A stretch of DNA of 56,244 nt, the filler included, from Sluysia triapertura (lineage: Eukaryota), in NCBI GenBank assembly GCA_046118255.1. It is 4 parts of 4 records of this genome, joined end to end, with 100 filler letters (N's around TTAATTAATTAA, not from the genome) between each part and the next. Parts side by side here need not be neighbours in the genome. Positions count along the whole stretch, not along the records: positions 44,164 to 56,244 come from JBJNIA010129406.1; 3 more parts are not named here. One strand, given 5' to 3'. Both the position numbers and the translations under genes were made by a program. Positions 51,000 through 56,244 of the stretch are shown in pieces. The notes under the pieces were generated by a model. The model did not search any database. It had not been told where the DNA came from and saw only the letters and a list, made by a program, of their open reading frames with translations. How positions within the stretch are numbered: the stretch's first letter is position 1; each line of letters starts with the position of its first letter.

Positions 51000-51200
51000 T
51001 CAATAACTTTATCACTAAATCAGGTATAAAATATCACAAATTTTCTTATCTTAATAATGATATTTATTCAACCCAAACATTTCGTTTTTAATTTTCAAAT
51101 TAATAATAAAACTCAATATTATAATAATTACAAAAATCGGATACAATAATATGAGTAAATTAACTAAAAACGATTAAATCTCAAAATTAACAATGATTTT
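51000..51200 (+). repeat. Dispersed repeat; uninterrupted form of 41270-41365 + 42000-42105
   Basis: Shared GTATAAAATATCACA.ATTTTCTTAT and ACAATAATATGAGT..ATTAACTAAA...GATTAAATCTCAAAATTAA. Confidence 0.75.
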
Positions 51201-54200
51201 GTTTTTAAACTACATTAAGCATATATTACTATATCCAAAGGAACCAGAGGTGAAGCTAAAAAAATTAAATTATCTATATCTAAAAAGTTGGAAATAATAA
51301 TAATACTTATATATTTAGGAATAATTTTATTCTATCTTAACAACAGAAAAGTTACAAAATAATCTGGACAGGGAATGGACAACTTATCAATAACTTTAAA
51401 AATTAAAAGTAAGATAAAAATTAAATATAACTCAAAATACTTCAAAATAATTCGACCAAGGAGCCTCCCAAAAAATCAATTTGTTAATAACTTAAAAATT
51501 ATTATAGTGGCAAGAGTTAGCTAAATATTTCCCCAAAAAATTATTTTTAATAATTAAAATAATAAAAATAATAAATAATTATCATAGTCATGGTGCGGGG
51601 AAATCACATCAAAATTTCAACACTTCATCACATACAAACACTTCTTACATACACAGAACACTACTTGACTCGTTCAAAAAACAAACATAGTCATTGTACA
51701 TAATTATCACGAGTTATAGTTATTGTTATTATAAATCCATTTGTAATAATAATTCTAATAATAATTTCGTATAATAATTCTTATAATAATATCACAATAT
51801 CATCAACATCATCATATTAAAATATATAAAATTATGTTATTGTTGTCATTATGACTCCTTTTATTTTTATCATCAATTTTCCTTCTGTTCTATTGTTTTT
51901 TTGAATTTGTATATATTTATGTTTATGTGATTCCGTTCAGTTTACTTTTGTTTATGAAAATTTGAACTACATGAATTCATTTGAAACTTTAGAAGTAAAA
52001 CTGAATCATACAATAATTGCTACATCTCTGTGGTGTCACGCTACAACATATAACATACATCTCATCCATCATCACCATCAATCACATAAACCTCATCACA
52101 AACAAAAATCATATCAAAATAAAATACATTTACAACACCTGCAGCATCACACTTTTATCTCCGCAAATCACAAACGCGTAATAAAATATTTTTATTAAAT
52201 CTTTTTACTAAAACCCTTTTTATTAGCATTTTCTTATACGTAACGCCTGTTGCCAACTCATCATCATTACGACACTACCTTTTTTTATATTTTAGTATTT
52301 TTATTATTATTTTCTAATTGACATCGAATAGTAATGAGTAGTGATTATTCAAAACGCATTCCCAAAAAGAAAAAGATTAATGTTCGAGGTGAAAATGTAG
52401 GAGATGAAGAAAATTTTGTTTCGAAGTCAATACTTAACAAAGATGATTCTGAACCTAGACCAGCTATTGCGATTTAAATCTTAGTACTACATTGTGAATT
52501 CTACTTTCAAAAGATATTAAAAGTTGCGAAACGCATGGTTGAAAGAAGTTTAACACTGGACGTATCAAGGTTTGATGTATAGCTATTCATACAATCAAAG
52601 GTCATTTGACCGGTACCAATATATAAATTAAATCATTATAAAAAGGTAAAAAGCAATAAACTTTTTGTTAACTAAAACAGAACTTACGGTAACTCATTTG
52701 AAGCCTATTCTAATAAAATCAATAAATGGTTTTACACAGGACAGCTAGAAATCATTTGTATTTAGTTTTCATAAACCTATAAATTTTAACATCTACACTA
52801 AAACAGTGCATTCTCAAGCATCCGTGAATTAATCACTCCGTACTAAATCTCCAACTTTATTAAATAAAGACATTAAAAAGCATACAGTTAATGAAAATTT
52901 GATAATCTAGTCTATATATGAACAATTTTTAAGAAATATTTCGTTTATATAAAATACACTGTGGAAACAATAAAGATGAACTAATTTATAAAATAAGTGT
53001 TATTCACATTTTCTTTAGTTTGTTTCAATATACAATCAATTGGAAATTCATTTGTTTCATTTAAATCATTTACTTAATTAAATGCATCAAAACGTCTATC
53101 GATGTTATTTTTAAAATTGATAATTAATGATTATGAAACTTCACATTGATTACTGATTGCAAATCATTCAATATTGTCATTGGGTTTTCCAATGAAATTG
53201 AACATTTTGTATTCTACATTTACTTAATAATAATTAATAAATAATGAAAAGAAATTTAAATTATAGTGTTTTGTTAATTATAAAAACTGCTTAAGCAGAT
53301 GTTACTAGTGTACTATATTTAAATTAAATGTACGTGATAGCTAAATTTCAACTATTTTAATGTTATTTTATTATTTATGCTATTCTTTTAATCATATTCA
53401 TTTTGATTTATGAACAAAATTTCGTTTTGTTTTGAAAGATTTTGTAAAATTTTGGTATAGTCGTTATGCAGTGTTTTTTGTTGATTTTTTATGAAAATTT
53501 AATTAATATATTTCCTTTTAACATTATATCGAGCAAATTCTATATATATATATAAAGGTTTTTGTAATGCAATGAAAAAAATATATAATTCGCATAAAAA
53601 TGAATTACTAAGGAATTTAAAAGTTGATTTTAAATTAATTTTAATTTAAAAAAAAATTAAGCTCGATTTATCCTAAAAAATCGTTGATTATCTAGAGATT
53701 TATCGAGAGAATTAAATATTCCAATTGGAATTGAATGGAGTTTAAAAACATTATGTTCGAGGTTTGTTTCGGGCATGTTAACTGGAAAGTTATAGCAATT
53801 TTTGCACTTTAATTAATGAAATAAATGTATATTTACCTAAAATTAGGAAAGAGTTTTATGAATGAAAATATCTTGAAGGGTCAGTCTCTCTAATAGTTAA
53901 AAGCAGAGAAATAATGATGTACTACTTGATTTTGTGGAAAATGAGCAAATTCTAATTGCTAACATTGTCAAACACTATTCCCATAATAAAAATTAATCGA
54001 AGAATTAAAATCGTCACTTGAATCTGGATGATTTTAGCTGATAAGAGAATAAAAATATGAAATTTCAGAAATATTTCAGAATACGATCGAAAGTTATACG
54101 TATATTTGCCATTTATGTTTATATTTATTTTATTTCTATTTTAGGCTCATTAATTAATAAACGTATTACATATTTAAAAATTAAATTATAATTAATTAAA

Positions 54201-54706
54201 CATAAATATTACTTCGACGATACATTTGATTGGCTGAAGAGACTTGTAAGGAATCCAAAAGCAATAAAAAGACAAATATTTGACAAACTGAAATATATTA
54301 ATAAAAATATATTAATAAAAATATATTAATAAAATTAAATTATTATAACATAATATTTGAAATTAAAAAAAATACTGTTGCATAAAAATTAAATAAATAA
54401 GTACATCAAATTGAAAATAATTGAAATTCCAAAAAAATCAATATTTTATTTTATTGGATATTCAAATTAAAATTCCACCCAATATAAGTTTATATATTAT
54501 CAAACAGCATAAGTAGTTATATAATCACAATGTTCGTTTAAAAGTTAGAATAAAATATATTAAATTTAATATAAATGTTTCTATAAAATTATTATTTTTA
54601 ATGTTCATTTTTAATGCAACACTACACGTAACTTTTATTTAATTTAAATTGGATTTTTAAGAGTTATTATGTAGAGTCAGAAATACCAATCAAATTAATA
54701 AATTAA

Positions 54707-54862
54707 CAAATTAATAAATGAAGTAGAATTTTTTGTAAAAACAATTTATGTGAACTTTTTTTCAAATTTTTACACTTCTATATTAATGTTTGTGGTCATA
54801 AAAGGTTTGCAAGCTCCACAAATTGAAAGTATCACGAGTATATTCGTAACTGGCAGCGAATT
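54707..54862 (+). repeat. Dispersed repeat, copy 2 (copy 1 at 7781-7960)
   Basis: Direct alignment by eye to 7781-7960. Confidence 0.8.
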
Positions 54863-56244
54863 TATTAATATAAACAAAAACAGCGTTTATAAAGTTAAAA
54901 CGACAATTAGATAAGAAAATGTAAATAAATATATGAACAGTGCATTTTAAAATAAGCGCTTACTTCGGTTTTAAACTGATTTAAAATTAATTGTTTATAA
55001 AATATCATTATTAAAAAAGGATGATAAATCGCAGTTTGAATTAATTATTCAAATATTTGTCAGTCTGAATGTAGCTTAATGACAAGTTTATGATTTAAAT
55101 GTAATCAGTCTCCATGAAAAAGAATTAATTACATTTAAATTTTCTTATAATAATATTGTTGTTGCGTCTTTAGCAAATTAATTTAAAAGTTTTAGTAATT
55201 TTAAATTAAATCTTAAAAATTCAAAGTAAGACTTTATAACAATTATATTTTTATATACGTATTTATCAATTAATATAACAGAATATATTTTAATCAATAA
55301 TTATCAATTAACTCGAACAATAGTAAAATATCCCGAAAAAACATTATAACCAAAATGCTAGATTACAAGTTAAATAATTATATAATGACAATTAAATTAA
55401 TTATTAATAAATTACTTAAATAATTAATAATGACAGTAATTAATAAACTAAAAACAAATTAATAACAAAAAACAAATAAAAATAAAACTGAGAACTTAAA
55501 ATTATATTTAAAAATTTCAACTTAAAATAATAATAATAAAATAAAAAATTACTTCTTTCTTGGATCTTGAGTTATTGTCATCATTATCATAATTGTTTTT
55601 GTTAGTGCTGCGTTAACACTTTTACAGCTACTACCTTTTACACTTTCTCATTATCTAGTCACTCTTAAGTTTTACAATCAAATATTTTTCTACACAAATT
55701 ATCTGAACATTCTTTGAGAATGTAACTGACAATGACGGTCTTTAAGTACGAAACACAATTAGTTGATTAACGATCAACCATTATTTTCCTCTATTGCACT
55801 TCACTTATTTTCTCCTAAATTATTTATCACATTAAGATAACAACATGATTGAAAATAATGAATATTACTTTGGCTTTCAGAATTAAATTAATTTTCAGTT
55901 ATTCACATTCAATTTTCTAATGAAGAGTGCTTAAGGTTGTTATACTCAAATAAATCATTTTAAATGTTAACTAATGATTGAATTTTGAACACTGACTAAT
56001 TGATTAAATATAACAGTTGTTATTTGAATATGACAGTGAATATGTGTTGATTTTGTGGTGATATAAATATATATTTTTATATATATTCATTTAAATAACT
56101 ATTTATTTATTGATTATTTGTGCTATTTGTGATTTTAAAAGTACGTTTAATTTTAATTTTATACGCTTAATTTTTATTTTAATTTTAAGATATTTTATTG
56201 AAATTATTACAAATTTTTAATTTTATTAGAATATTTTATTAAAA

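Noticed and set aside
51180-54050. Possible LINE/hAT coding remnants and the His-rich ORF 51962-52198
   Set aside because: Too decayed or low-complexity to assign by eye.

Overview
Very AT-rich animal (metazoan) genomic DNA with spliceosomal introns. It is four contigs (1-13547, 13648-28657, 28758-44063, 44164-56244) joined by identical artificial 100-nt linkers (N44-TTAATTAATTAA-N44). Exon chains do not continue across the linkers, so the contigs are probably unrelated. Host genes: four phase-compatible 3' exons of the golgin TRIP11/GMAP-210 (GRAB domain) and four consecutive exons of ANKAR. Isolated single exons belong to an ankyrin (ANK2/3-type), a class A GPCR, a possible LITAF-like protein and an SLC15/PepT transporter. 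Most other sequence is (AAT)n microsatellite and decayed mobile DNA: Tc1/mariner, pogo/Tigger, piggyBac and hAT MITEs, LINE 3' ends and LTR-element ends. The most interesting signals are: (i) a four-copy short repeat in which a tRNA-like Pol III cassette sits inside a TGTT...AACA-bounded unit with a conserved upstream part (LTR-like, not a classic SINE); (ii) a bulged-hairpin triad upstream of an ATG, conserved between two otherwise diverged copies; (iii) a repeated heat-shock-element/CCAAT/TATA/YY1 promoter module with no hsp gene; (iv) a Gypsy-type 3' end carrying an intact orphan ORF; (v) tandem hairpin units with compensatory substitutions in an intronless ORF island. All calls were made by eye; no database searches were run.
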